Origin: the human T2T-CHM13v2.0 reference genome, Homo sapiens
DNA: 64,000 bases
Assembly (NCBI RefSeq): GCF_009914755.1
Contig: NC_060929.1
Direction: 5' to 3' (one strand)
The position numbers were made by a program, and so were the translations under genes. The notes beneath the pieces were generated by a model. It saw only the letters and a list, made by a program, of their open reading frames with translations. It was not told where the DNA came from and ran no database searches. The first letter of the stretch is position 1. Every line of letters begins with the position of its first letter. Positions 27,327 through 40,891 of this stretch are shown in pieces.

Positions 27327-28149
27327 GCTCCTTTCTATTTCTATTTTGCTAAGACTTTTTATTATGTGTAGATGTTGGATTTTAACAAGTCTTTTTACTA
27401 TATCCATAAATCTGGTCATATTATTTTATTCTTTTATTTTGTGAATGTTGTAAAATATATTGACCAGTTCCAAGGTTAAATCAACCTTGGATTCCTGGAA
27501 TAGTGTGATTAGGATGTATTGTCCTTCTTGCATATTGCTGTATTTGATTGACCAATATTTTGTTTAAAAATTTTACAGCTATGTTATCAGTTATTTTAGC
27601 ATCATTAAATGAGGTAGAAAGTATTTCTGTTTTTTTTTTTTTTCAGTAATCTGGAAGAGTTTTTCTAAAATCATGTTATTTTCTCCCTTAAATGTTTGGT
27701 AAAATTCACCTAATGACCCACCTGAGTCTGGATTTTGGTGATGAAGTGTTGGGGTGCAGGGGTGAAAATTTTTAATTATGGATTAAATTTTATTAGTAGT
27801 CATAGAAGCACTCAGATTTCTATTTCATCTTCTATCAGTTTTGAAATTTGTGTTTTTCTAAGAATTTGACTAGTTCATCTAACCTTTTAAATTTATTTGC
27901 ACACATTTGTTTATAATATCCTTACCTTGGAGTGTTGTTTTTCTTTGCTGATGTTGGTTATTTGTGCCTGCTTTCCATTTTTAAAACTTAATCCATCATG
28001 TCATTTTAATCTAACTTATTAGCCTTTTTTAAGACCAATTTTGACTTCATTACTAGGAGTGTTTTCTTTCCATTTCATGGAGTCCTGCTCATATCTTTGT
28101 TGTTTTCTTCCTTTTACTTTGTATTTGGCTTACTTTTCATTTCCTAATT

Positions 28150-28538
28150 TTTATTTTTTTAAATGTTTTATTTTTTTTAGTTTCAATAGGTTTTTGGGGG
28201 AACAGGTGGTGTTTAGTTACATGAATAAGTTCTTTACTGGTGATTTCTGAGATTTCAGTGCACTTGTCACTTGAGCAGTGTACACTGTACCCAATGTGTA
28301 GTCTTTTATCTCTTACCACCGCCCCCCCACCCTTTCTCCCATGTCCCTAAAGTCCAATGTATCATTATTATGCCTTGCATCCTCATAGCTTAGCTTTCAC
28401 TTAAGAATGGGAACATACATAAGATGTTTGATTTTCCATTCCCTGAGTTACTTCACTTAGAATAATAGTCTCCAATTCCATCCAGGTTGCTGTGAATGCC
28501 ATTATTTCATTCATTTTTGTGGCTGAGTAGTATTCCAT

Positions 28539-28587
<49 letters not shown>

Positions 28588-29935
28588 TTCTATCTGTATA
28601 TATATTCTATCTGTATATATATTCTATTCTGTATATATATACGTATATCACATTTTCTCTAACCACTTGATTGATGGGCATTTGGTTTCATATTTTGCAA
28701 ATTGCAAATTATGCTGCCATAAACATGCATATATATGTGTTATTTTCATATAATGATTTCTTTTCCTTTGTGTAGATACCTATTATAATAGTGGGATTGC
28801 TGGATCAAACAGTAGATCTACTTTTAGTTCTTTAAGGAATCTCCACATTGTTTTTCATAGTGTTTGTAATAGTTTACATTCCCACCAACAGTATAAAAGT
28901 GCTCGCTTTTCATCATATCCCCACCAACATCTATTTTTTTTTTTTTTTGATTATGGCCCTCCTTGCAGGAGTGAGGTGGTATCAGATTGTGGTTTTGATT
29001 TGCATTTCCCTGGTCATTAGTGATGTTGAACATTATTTCATATATTTGTTGGCTATTTGTATATCTTCTTTTGAGAATTGTCTATTCATGTCCTTAGCCC
29101 ACTTTTTGATGGTACTGGTTTTTTTTTCTTGCTAATTTTTTTGAGTTATTTGTAGGTTCTGGGATAGTAGTTCTTTGTCAGATGTATAGATTGTGAAGAT
29201 TTTCTCCCACTCTGTGGGTTGTCTGTTTACTCTGATGACTGTTCCTTTGGCCATGCAAAAGCTCTTTAGGTTAATTAAGTCCCACCTATTTATCTTTGTT
29301 TTTATTGCATTCACTTTTGGGTTCTTGGTCATGAAGTCTTTGCCTAAGACAATACTAGAAGGGTTTTTCTGATGTTATCTTCTAGAATCTTTATGATTTC
29401 AGGTCTTAGATTTAAGTCTTTGATCCATGTTGAGTTGATTTTTGTATAAGGTGAGAGTTGAGGATCCAGTTTCGTTCTTCCACATGTGTGTTGCCAATTA
29501 TCCCAGCATCATTTGTTGAATAGGGTGTCCTTTCCCCACTTTATGTTTTTGTTTGCTTTGTCAAAGATCAGTTGGCTATAAGTATTTGGGTTCATTTATG
29601 GGTTCTCTATTCTGTTCCATTGATCTATGTGCCTATTTTTATACCAGTACCATGCTGTTTTGGTGACTATGGCCTTATAGGATAGTTTGAAGTCAGGTAA
29701 TGTGATGCCTCCAGATTTGTTATTTTTGCTTAGTCTTGCTTTGGTTATGTGGGCTCTTTTTTGGTTCCATATGAATTTTAGAATTGTTTTTTTCTAGTTC
29801 TGTGAAGAATGATGGTGGTATTTTGATGGGAATTGCATTGAATTTTAAGATTGCTTTTGGCAGTATGGTCATTTTCACAATATTGATTCTACCCATTCGT
29901 GAGCATGGGATGTGTTTCCATTTGTTTGTGTCATC
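28150..29935 (-). mobile_element. 5'-truncated L1PB-type LINE
   Basis: TTTCAATAGGTTTTTGGGGGAACAGGTGGTGTTT 3' end; ORF 29132 ([26 protein letters not shown]) is the L1 ORF2 C-terminal region. Confidence 0.92.
28541..28647. repeat. (TG)20 followed by a short TATATTCTATCTGTA-type minisatellite
   Basis: Read directly; lies inside the L1PB. Confidence 0.95.
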
Positions 29936-30619
29936 TAGCTCATTGATTTTATGCTTTTCTGTTTTTTAAACTTACATGTGTTTCAGACCATAAATATCTC
30001 TTTAAGCACACCTTTAGCTTCATCTTAAAATTTCAGTGTTTATCTTCCTTAATATTTGGCTCAAATATTTTCCAGTTTCCATTATAATTTCTTTATTGAT
30101 CCATGGTTTATATAGAATTGTGTCTCTTAATTTTGAAATATATGGGGATTGTCTAGGACAAACACACTCATATGTGGACACACACCATCTTATATACTTT
30201 GTCTCTATTTTCTGGTTGTTCTCAGTGGGAAGATTGGTCTTCAATAATTAGTAACTGATTATCAGAAGCAGAAATCCCACTCCACTTTATTTCTCAACAT
30301 TTCATAAAGGTTTACTTCTTCATAAAGATTTCCCTAATTATCCCAACTTCAGTCTCTTTCCTTGGTATATTCTATCCAGTTCCACACAGTGTAATCAGCT
30401 CCCGTATTTCTGTCAAGAGGGTGGTGCTTTTCCTTCTTTCCTGATTATATTTGGACTCCTTCTCACCACTCCTTACACCAAGGGCATCATATTTAAGTTC
30501 ATCCAAGTCTCACCTCACATATAGGATGACTCTTCAAGGGTGTATTCTAACACCTGGCTGACAGGTGAGTCTGCTGCCAGCCACACCCCTTAAGTGTGCA
30601 GCAACTATTGTCTGGCTAG

Positions 30620-31206
30620 TGACAGAATTTTTTTCTCAGTCCCTTTCAAGCTGAGACCTCTGGCTGGTGATGCTCCACCCAGGCCTCCCTCAGCCATGCT
30701 ACCTGCTGCAGGAGATGGCCCACTCACTCAGCCTGCCTCAGCCGAGTCTGGCTTGTGTACCAGTTCCTGAGTTCTTGTCCCACATCCAAAAAGAATGAGG
30801 ATACACTGACAATCAAAGAGTGAGCAAGGTGAGGAGTGTTATTGAGTGATGAAAATGGCTTTCAGTGGAGAGGGGATATGAGGGTGGTCCCCCTATATGA
30901 AGGCAGTAAAGTCCCCCCAATGTGGCTGAGTCTGGGGCTTTTACGGGCTCAGAATGGGGGAGGGGCAGGCTCTAGGTAGTATTAGAAAAGGTAACATTTG
31001 ATTGGTTAAAAGGCACTATTCAGAAAGAATCCATTGGGAAAGGGTGGGCAAACAGAAACAGAAGTTCTCAATCTGTGTCATAGGTTTCATCCAGGACCAG
31101 CAGTCTGGTCTTTCAGCCTTTAGGCTGTTTTTGGGCTTGAAGGTGGGGTTTCACTGGGGACCCACCCCTGACTGCCTAGGCATTTGTCTGTCTCCTGTCA
31201 CTTTTA
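30620..31206 (-). mobile_element. ERV1 solo LTR (LTR27/MER52/MER61-like group)
   Basis: Ends with GGGGTTTCACTGGGGACCCACCCCTG..GCCTAGGCATTTGTCTGTCTCCTG; near-TSD CTAG/CTGG. Confidence 0.8.
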
Positions 31207-32270
31207 CTGGCAGAGGTGCTGCATGTCTTGCCCCATAGGTCAGTGACTGACTTTGATGCAAATAGTTGCCCCACCAGACACATGGCTGGACACTCTCACA
31301 GAGAAGCAGTGCGTGTGTTCCCACCCAGCCTCTCTCCTTATATATCTGGCACTATGGCTTTGTTTTCTGAGGTCAGAAGCCTTGACAGCCATAGGAGCAA
31401 GATGAGTGCATCAAGCCCTGGCATTTCTGGAGCTCAGATGAGGCACCCTGAGGAGATTCTGTCAGCTCAGGCTCTTATCACAATTGTTTAGAGAAATAAA
31501 AAATGAGGGTACTTGGGAGTGATTTAATTATATGGACTGCAATGACTTGCTCTGCTATTGATTTTATATATTCAAGGAGTCTTTAAAGTGATTATTCTTG
31601 GAATGGGCAACCACCACTACATTGATTTCTATGAAGTCAACAGTATCTGGAGAGGAGCCAGTCCTGCTGGGCAGAATACATTTGGAAGCAAAGTCACAGA
31701 CCCTTTTGAATGAGACTCTGGGGGGAAGATGTTGAATGTGGAGGAATGAGCAAGGGGGATGGCTTGAGGCAGATTGCTTTAAACACAGCCAGCATGGTCC
31801 ATTTGTGCTCCTTTTTTCTTCATGTGCAAATCTAGTTTTATCCTTAGGACTGGACAGTCAGTTTTCTCCCTACCTGCTGCAACCCTGGAGATTCTGGAGG
31901 CTAGTACAAAAGAGGCACCAGAACATTTTAAATAAATGGCAATTGCTTAGTCTTAATACCATTTATACTCGAGTTTATATTTTCACATGAAAAGAAACAT
32001 ATGACTCAATAAAAAGGGCTAACATATTAGCAGCAACCATCTTTTGGTAGACAAAGCATGGTTTATTATAGTTTTCCACAATAATTTTTATATTCATAAA
32101 TACCTTGGTATAGCTGAAAGTATATTTCAAGAAAGGACTATATGCTCTGACCCAATATTCTTACTTCTAGGTATATGACCTAGGAAAGTAATTTGAAATA
32201 CAGAAAATATATTTATATATAAAAGGATGATATATAAAGAAATATTTAGAACAGTGAATGAGCTATACTT

Positions 32271-32305
32271 TACACTTGATCTTAGCCAAAAGGCCAAGAA
32301 GTGAT
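32271..32305 (-). pseudogene. U2 snRNA 5' fragment (nt ~1-35), 3'-truncated retropseudogene
   Basis: Minus strand ATCACTTCTTGGCCTTTTGGCTAAGATCAAGTGTA vs U2 ATCGCTTCTCGGCCTTTTGGCTAAGATCAAGTGTA (two CpG-decay changes); flanked by direct repeat GAATGAGCTATACTT. Confidence 0.93.
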
Positions 32306-32555
32306 GAATGAGCTATACTTTAAAAAATAATTTAAATATTCAGTAATAAGGATAGGTAGAAGGAAATGGAGGTTTATGCAGTTATAGTATGGAATATTAT
32401 ACAGCCTTTAAAAATGTTTACAAACAGGTTTTAATGATTTAGGGGAAGAATAGTAAATTTTGTGAAAAGAAAAATGCCAAGTTACAAATTTTATTAATAA
32501 TACAATAACTTTGTACTCCAATTTAACTCTATAAAATATACATAAAAATATTCTC

Positions 32556-32877
<322 letters not shown>

Positions 32878-34091
32878 TTAGCCCTGGAGGGCAGGATCCC
32901 AGGTGACTTTTCTTTCTCTATTTTTACTTTTCTATATTTTCTAAGCTTTCCTTAGTGAACAGAAATATTACATATACACATATACACGCATGCATTGAAA
33001 AATTCATATTAGAAGGAACTTTGGACCCTGAGAGTTAGACTTTTGCTTACTTAAACTCTTCAGAGACTAAATGAGGCCTAAGTGAATATAAATTTTTATA
33101 TCCGTTTAATTTTCCACCTAAATTCAAGCTTAAATGCTTATGCAATTATTGAACCAATACCAAGAGCAATTTCACCAATTATTTGGAACTCATGTTAAAT
33201 GTGAATGCAGAGGCACACGACAGAAATAAGCCAAAGTGTCTGAGGCCAGATGTCATTCCATTTTCAGAAGATGATACTCCACTATGAGCATTAATCAGCC
33301 TCTGTCTTTCTCTAAATCCCATTCCCCTGGATTGATGTAGGAGAAAGATTTCACACTTGCTTATTCTACTTAGAGACTGTGGTCTAATTTGATTCACTTA
33401 TATTTGAGAGGGTTGGCATTTATAATTCACTATGAGTTTGGATTATTGCTACATTTTTTCACAGAGCCACCAAACTGCACATCTCTGAGAAGAGCCGTTT
33501 TGTGCATACAGCATGCTCTGGAGCACTGTGTGCAGGGCATCGCAGGGAATTTTTTTCCAGAGAGCATTCTTCATACAGCATTCTGGTGGGCACTACGCCC
33601 TGGAGTAGCAAGGGTCCTGAATTTTACACAAATTCCTGCTTTACTCTAACTGATTCCTCACCTGTCTCCTTCCCTCAAACTTTATAATTTTGTTGGGTTG
33701 AATTATTTATGCTAGCCATGAATTGGAATAAGGATCAATGTAGGAGGAAGATGAGGTGGTAAAAATTGTAGGGATATTTGACAGACCTTACCCAAATCAG
33801 ATTCTATAATCCTTAAAATAGTAAGTGTTTTACAACTTACTTCCTTAATAGTTTCTACTGACTGTGCCATTATGGAAAACGGTGATCAAATCAATACTGC
33901 ATATCATTAATATTATATTGTGATGTGCCCAGTCTGAATGAGAGCAATAGGTTTCAAGCAGGGCCATTAGTCTGATTGGTTAAATTAAGTGGTCGATCAT
34001 CATGATTATGGTATATGCAAAGATTTAATCAAAGCCAACTGCCCTTCCAAAAAACAAAGAATAAATGTATTTTTTTTAAAAAAAGATGGAG

Positions 34092-34465
34092 TACATTAGT
34101 CAGAATGGCTAGTCTAGTCTATGCTGCAGTAAAATAAACACTCCCTAGTCTCAGACTTACAATAACAAAGATTTATCTTTTATTTACATCAGTCTGATAT
34201 GGACTTTACTGATTTACTGATTTACTCTCTTCCAGGCGGTGAGTCAAGAGCTCAGGCCACCTTTATCCTGCTTTTTCATCACCTTGGAATCCCTTGTTTC
34301 TGATAGTGTAGATTACACAGAAAAGGAGGAAACAGAACGTGTTTTCATTCTTAATTGTCTAGGACCAGAAGCAACAGATCCATTAGACTCAATAATTAGT
34401 CACATGATTCCCCAAAAGATGCATACATACTGGATATTAGGTAGGGATTAACAGCCTCTGCCACA
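34092..34465 (-). mobile_element. MLT1 LTR (old)
   Basis: ATTAGTCAGAATGGCTAG..TATGCTGCAGTAA..AACAAAGATTTAT. Confidence 0.65.
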
Positions 34466-34809
34466 GGCAATAAGTGAAATATTGTATTCTAGCTGGGAGA
34501 GTTTGTTTCCATGAGAAAGCTCATGCAGGCTTGCATGGCAGCCTAGTGCCTGGTGGGCTCATGTGTGAGTCCCCCAAGGAGAAACAATCTGTCTAGAGGG
34601 CCAGAGAGTTCCCAACATCAAACTCAGTCATCCCTTCAACCATAGCCCACTTTGGTCATATTTTCTTTAAACTAACATGTGCATTCACACATTACTCCAA
34701 GAAATGTGTGTATCCTGTCACTCCAGTTTTCTTGGGAATTGAGACATTCCTATCTGGGCTTTTGTTTGCCCTATTATTTTTGCCTATAATGACCCCCCTA
34801 TTCTAACTG

Positions 34810-35400
34810 CAACCAATAATTGTTGAAAGCCTTACTTTCTTAAGACACATTTAGAATGGGTACACTTAGGAAGCCTTCTCTGATCCTATCGACCAAATGT
34901 TCATTCACTTAACAGACATTTACAGCAGCAAATAACATAACAAATTTTCTGATCTTGCAGAGTATACCTTCTAGTTGAAGGAGAGAGTAGTAAAGAACAA
35001 GTTTTTTTTAAATGCCAATTATGGCAACAGCTATTGAGGAAAATAAAATGGTATTGTAATGAAGACAGGTGGGATACTTTAGTTTGGGCAAAGACCTTTT
35101 TCAGAAGGTGGCATGTGGGCTGACACCTGAACACTTGAATGTGTGCTCTGTCTTCCATCTGGGGCCCCCAGAAATGTGTTTGTACTACTTAAAAGATACT
35201 TCTCATAATCTATATGGTATTTATTTTGTCTTCACCTCCTGGCCCATTCTTTTAGAGTATGAGCTCTTTAAGGGCAAAAACTGTTTTGTTTCTCTGTTCA
35301 TTGAAACTTAAAGTTTCCATTTAAATTTTGACATTTCATTAAATGGTTAATGCCTAACATGATGTCTGACCCTTCATAGTTGCCAAACAAATAGAAACTC
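34810..35400. mobile_element. L2 fragments (antisense piece 34895-35140 inside a sense L2)
   Basis: TTCATTCACTTAACAGACATTTA (-) and TAGAGTATGAGCTCTTTAAGGGCA (+). Confidence 0.6.
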
Positions 35401-35874
35401 TTAGCTTACTGAAGACACATATACCTTAAGTGTTCAAATCTGACTGTTGGATAGAAGAGAATTGGATTGACTAAATATATCATCAGGAGTAACTCACAAT
35501 GTTAAAAAAACAGTTTCCTCATGTCCATCCAGCTTGACAGTGAATCAATCTTTCTGTGGCATCTTTTAAGTCAAACAACATAACGAGTCATCTCCACTTC
35601 TTCCATACATCACTCTGAGTGCACGGCTAACCCAAACGGTTTTCTTGGCATCCAAGCACATTCCTCATGTAATGTGCTGGCTAGCCCTCATGCTTAAAAG
35701 AATAGGGTAACATACGTTTTCCTGCAGACTATGGCATCTTGTTAAAGACTACATGGAGCAGGCTGAACTGCTGTAGCTATCAATCAGTGCAGTCTTGACC
35801 AATTTCTGGGGTAGTGGGTGTAGAAGACTAAAACGGACTTAACACCCTTGTCAGTACAAGGTGAGTGATATCAT

Positions 35875-36115
35875 TCTATTATTATTATTATCATTATCAT
35901 TACTATTATTATGTGCCTGAACAAAGTCCTTGGCATGTTTTATTTCATTTAATCCTACCAACAGCTTTATGAGATAGATTTGATTATTTTCTCCATTTTA
36001 CACAGGAAAAATGGAGGCTTCATGAAGTTGAGAAACTTGTCAGGGTTGCAGAGCTAGTAAGTGGTACAGCCACATTTGGAATGTGCAGTCTGATTTCAGA
36101 GCCCATGTATGACAT
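35875..36115 (-). mobile_element. MIR
   Basis: TCATTTAATCCTACCAACAGC..CTCCATTTTACACAGGAAAAATGGAGGC. Confidence 0.8.
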
Positions 36116-36300
36116 CATTATTCTAAGACAGAAAACCTTTCCTCAAATTTATACACAATTCAGGGCAGCTCTTGTCTAGGCCAGGAGCCCACATAACTGT
36201 CTGTCTGCCCAATGCTTTAGGACTTACCAAGGGCTTTCACATCTATGATCACACTTGAAACTCATAAATACCCCACAAAACATCTAGGGTAGGGTGAAGT

Positions 36301-36456
36301 GGAGAAATACCTAATGCATGTGGGGTTTAAAACCTAGATGACAGGTTGATGGGTGCAGCAAACCACCATGGCACATATGTAACAAATCTGTGTGTTCTGC
36401 ACATGTATCCCACAACTTAAGTATATTTTTTTAAAAAAGCAAAAAAAAAAAAAAAA
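36301..36456 (+). mobile_element. short L1PA (PA7/8-like) 3' end
   Basis: GGAGAAATACCTAATGCATG..AAAACCTAGATGAC..GGTGCAGCAAACCACCATGGCAC plus poly(A). Confidence 0.9.
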
Positions 36457-36929
36457 GCAACACATAAAGAAATGGAGACAAAAATCCAAGGCTTAGGGTG
36501 ATTGAGAGAGTTTGCTGCCCTTCATAAGATGCTGGTGAATTGGAACTGGTCCTTGTGATGCTACTTTGCCTTTTCTTTCCTGAAATTTCATAGATACCAC
36601 CATATTTTCCAATAAATACCCTTGCTCCAGTCTTTGCTTGAGGGAAGTATAAATAAGAGTGTTATTCATAACTGAATGAATCTTGACCATGGTGTAGGAT
36701 CATTTCCCCATGTGAAAGACCAAGGAAGTGAGTGACATTTCCTATTCTCACAGGTATAAATGCTAGAATGAAGGTTATCTATCCCAGTACAGTGCACTTT
36801 CTACTCTAGTAAGCTGACTCTTTAGACTTTGCAATTCAAGCTACTATTTTATACGTTGCTTACTTGGATCTCAAACTACCAAATTATGAAAAACTCATAA
36901 GATATTCTGACACATAGCCACACATTGCA

Positions 36930-37527
36930 TTCTCTTAACTGGGCACTGCCTGTCTTGTCTAAGGCAGGAAACTACATTTACCAGGATTCCCTTCCCCACA
37001 TGAGAGGACTTGTCTGAGATTTTGGAAGCAGAATTGAAGCAGGACCATACTCCCACTGGTTGAAGCAGTCAGGCACAAGGATGAGCCAGTACAGAAGTGC
37101 CTGGCGAACCTCAACCAGCCCTTGCTCTCTTCCTGTTGTTCATGAAGTTCATCTGGCTCTGCTGGCCCCACAGCAGATTGAGGCCCACTCCCAGATCCAT
37201 GGCCACAGGCTGCACAGTAGCAAGGTTCAAAGAGGCATCTGATTCCACAGGGGCAGCAGTTTACCAGACCACTCCAACAACTCCCCCTTTGTGGTCCCGT
37301 GATGCAGTCAGTTGCACAATACTCATATTTTCCTGCGAGTTCTGACTTGGACAACCTCACCGATGCAGCAGTCGGATGGGCTAGTGACTCTCTGATTCTC
37401 CGACACCCATGTCAAGATGTTCACTTTCCCACATCCATCATTTGCATAAATAGCAATTTACCAATTAAATCCTTTATTCTCATAAAGAATTCTCATAGAG
37501 CTCTGTTTTCATCAATGACACACATGT
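36930..37527 (+). mobile_element. ERVL LTR (LTR41-like)
   Basis: GGAAACTACATTTACCAGGATTCCCTTCCC..GAGATTTTGGAAGCAGAATTGAAGCAG...ATTAAATCCTTTATTC. Confidence 0.55.
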
Positions 37528-39129
37528 AAAGTGGAAATGATAATAAAAAATAAATGACAATAATAAGACCATCACTCACTTCCATGTATTGAGTGCTTAT
37601 TACATTCCAGGCTCATGCTAAGGGCTCTATGGGCATTACCTGGTGGTCATCCAGATTCACTCTTATATGGGGGCATTTCTGAGTTATGGTGGCCATTCTT
37701 TTAGCAAAGAAAAGGATTAGTTTTGTAAAAAAGTAATTTATGACTAAAAATACCAACAAGATGGCTTTATCAAACACAGATAACTTTAGTGCTGAAGGAC
37801 CTGCCTGTTTAATTGCACTCTTTAGTGCTCTAGTCTCTGCCAAGGATTATTTTCATGAGCCAATAGAGCCTCAACTCACATGGCGATGTATATTCTTATT
37901 TGCCACAATTGAAAGGCATTAATCAACACTCTTACAAGATAAGTCACCAGGAATATTCTTGCCAAGCAAGGATTTGGTGTTTCACACAACTCCCATGTTA
38001 AAATGAATGTAAGCTTCTAGTCTCACTTCACATCTTTAAAAATCTCTTTTCCCCTTTAACAATCACTCTCCAGTTCCATGAGCTGTGTGATAAATATTTT
38101 TATGCAAAATATTAGGCCTGCAAAGGGCAAGCATTGTCATTATTTCATGAGAACATCCATAAATGTTTCATTCAAGGATAATGAAGTTATTGACGCCATC
38201 ATTATCAATTATTTGTGATTGACTTAATGGCCATACCAGGCTGTGTCCTTGACATACCACACCCTGTTCCCATGACTTAAGAAGCTGGCAGTCTCCATGT
38301 GTGGAGTCGTGAATCCCCACATTGCCAGAATCCAGGAACCTATATGCAACTTTTTGTTCAGCCGCTAAAATTTGTTACACTGTGTGAGCCAACAGGCCTT
38401 CAAAGACTTGCAAGGAAAAAATATCCTGCCATTTCCCAATTGCTGTATGCATCTATACATTCCACTTGAGAACCTAAAGAGCCTAATGGTAAGAACATCT
38501 AATCCTCATCTCACCTCATAGAACAGAGGGTTGTGGGGTCTAGGCCTGGAACACCCATAAGAGGCTACCTGTGGTAGGCATGTAAGAGACCAGTGATTCT
38601 GAAAGTGGGAACCCTGTAACCAGAACCCTTCTTGGGGACAGTGTAATGAAGTGTCCCCTGCTCCCTCAAATGAATCTTTGACCCAATTCACCATAAGCCC
38701 ATAGGCTTAACAACTATTCTTCTACCTCCCACAAAGAAAATACCCAATAAATAGTAGATGAAGAATGGCAAATGAAAATGTTTATAAGAATCCACATGCA
38801 AGAGGATCAAGTGCGGTCTTGAAGTGATTCTTCCAATAGCAGTTACTGTGCCACCTGAGAGACAGGCATGTTTTCAGGTAGAGAGATGTGGATCTGATAG
38901 GAAGCACCATGACTTTACCCAGACCCTTGTATTGCCAGAGGTGCATATTTACAAAATACCTCCCTGAGATTTTATGTGCAATGTATGGTCACAAGATCCA
39001 CCAATCCACCTGGATAATATGGGTTTTGCTTCATCGTCCCAACCTTCTAACAGAGCAAGTTCCTGTAACACCCTGTTTCCATCTTCACTGACTTCAGTGT
39101 TTTCTACAAGTAACATATGGTGAAGAGGA

Positions 39130-39345
39130 AAACTGGCAATAATAGCAATGGTGATAGTGAGCATTTAAGAAGGGCTTACTACATGCCAGGACTCCCTTTA
39201 AAATTTAATTTCCATGTAGTAATAGCTGTTATTCTTATTTTACAGATGAAAAGGTGAGATCTTAGAGAGATTAAATACCTTGCTAAAGTTAATTAGGGCT
39301 TAATCTACTAACTTGGTTGATCCTTTGAATTCTGAAGAACCTTTA
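39130..39345 (-). mobile_element. MIR
   Basis: ATTTTACAGATGAAAAGGTGAG..AGAGAGATTAAATACCTTGC. Confidence 0.7.
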
Positions 39346-40891
39346 CTTTCTCCTGTTGTTCTAACTAATAATCGAGTATCAATTCTTTCTACCAAAGTCT
39401 TACGAAATGCCTATTTTATATTTCCCTCACGATTCATAAGAAAAATGAATTGCAGTTTGTTAAATTCCATTTTGATTTTCCTCAGTAAAATTCAAATTAC
39501 TTCTCTGGGCATGCTGACCAATAGTAGAGTGGAGTAAAAATGTTTTTAAAACCACAAAAATTAGCACAGCATCATTTATGACAGCAGCCACAGCAGCATA
39601 CACATAAAGCTATCTTAGAATGTTTTAAGCACACATCGTGTTTCTAGAATCTAATTTATCTAAACAGCATCAAGAAGAAAAACAAAACATACAATTACAG
39701 TGATTTTTGGAATGACACATGGATTTTGTGACAAGCTGTAGGCTATGTCAGGAAAGAGTTATTTTCTGGTTCCTTTCTAAACGATGCTGTTTGGGAATTC
39801 TTCCCAGCGTTGTTAGAGATGGATGCAGACCATCTAGTCTGCATCTCTTTGCCAACTCTGTGATCATTCAGTAGACAACAGATTTGAGCAGGAGCTGGAA
39901 AATTCTGTCAGCCCATCTTACATGGCCTTTCCTCCTTGGCTGATAATAGGATGGGGAAAATGATGCCAGCCCTGAGTGGTAGGATATGCTGTTAAAAGGC
40001 AAAGCACAAAAAAGGGGTGCATGGTGTGGTGATGCAATGTTCGTGTGGAATTTTCACGGGAGGGTCCCCACAGAATTTGACCAACATCTGACCCACAATA
40101 TAACTCCCACCTCCACCCCCTTATCTTCACTTTTCTGAATACCCAGACCTCTGAGCTATTCAGAAAAGTAAAAGGACTCTGGCCTTTTCAGCTTTGGACT
40201 GGTTGTTCTAGTACAAACACAACAAAACTAAACTTCAGGAAACTGAGTAATTATAGATATGCTGGAGGCACATGCTGAGAAACAGGAAGGATGCTCTTCT
40301 TGTATCATTTCAAACCAGGTTCTGGGGGCAGGATTGGGTTTTATGAATGCCAAAGGGCCAATCCTGAGAATGATCGCCGTTCAAGTCTTTCCTCCTGGGT
40401 TTGCCAAGATATGTTGGGTCTGGTGCACTTCCCTTCCTCCTCTGGTGACATGCACTGGCATTTTGGGAAGCCCACCACATCACTGCTTACCTCTGCCTGG
40501 ATTTACAACATCTCACTGCAGGGTGAACCAGCGGGGTGAGGAGCATGGTGTCAGGCCTCGAGAACTACCTGTCAGATTACTGAACAATTCATCCAAATCT
40601 GCAAGGTCTCCTCTATTTCATTAAGTCATCTCAGAGACATTTGCTATCAGATTTATTTCACTGTGCCACCTGTAGCTTAGGCAGATTTTGTGACTTTAAG
40701 TTTTGTATTTAGGAAGCAAATGGTTTTCATGCTATTTTTTTCCCCAAGACTCCTTAGACAATATATAAGCCAATATTTTATTAACTCCAAGGCACAGGAA
40801 TAATGGTATTTATGCAATGTATTAACTTCATTGAGCCTCGTTCCTATTTCCAAGATGCATGTTCCTATGAACACATACCTAAATAATAATA

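Larger units (their letters stand above)
26575..30290 (-). mobile_element. old L1M ORF2 fragment hosting THE1B and L1PB insertions
   Basis: Antisense ORF2 motifs TGATTTTTGCATATTGACCTTGTAT and TTTACTTCTTCCTTTCCAAT; resumes at ~27330 and ~29936. Confidence 0.8.

Noticed and set aside
30483-30564. Exon candidate ending at strong donor CAG|GTGAGT
   Set aside because: Only an uncommon AAG or weak acceptor upstream; lone donors are frequent by chance.
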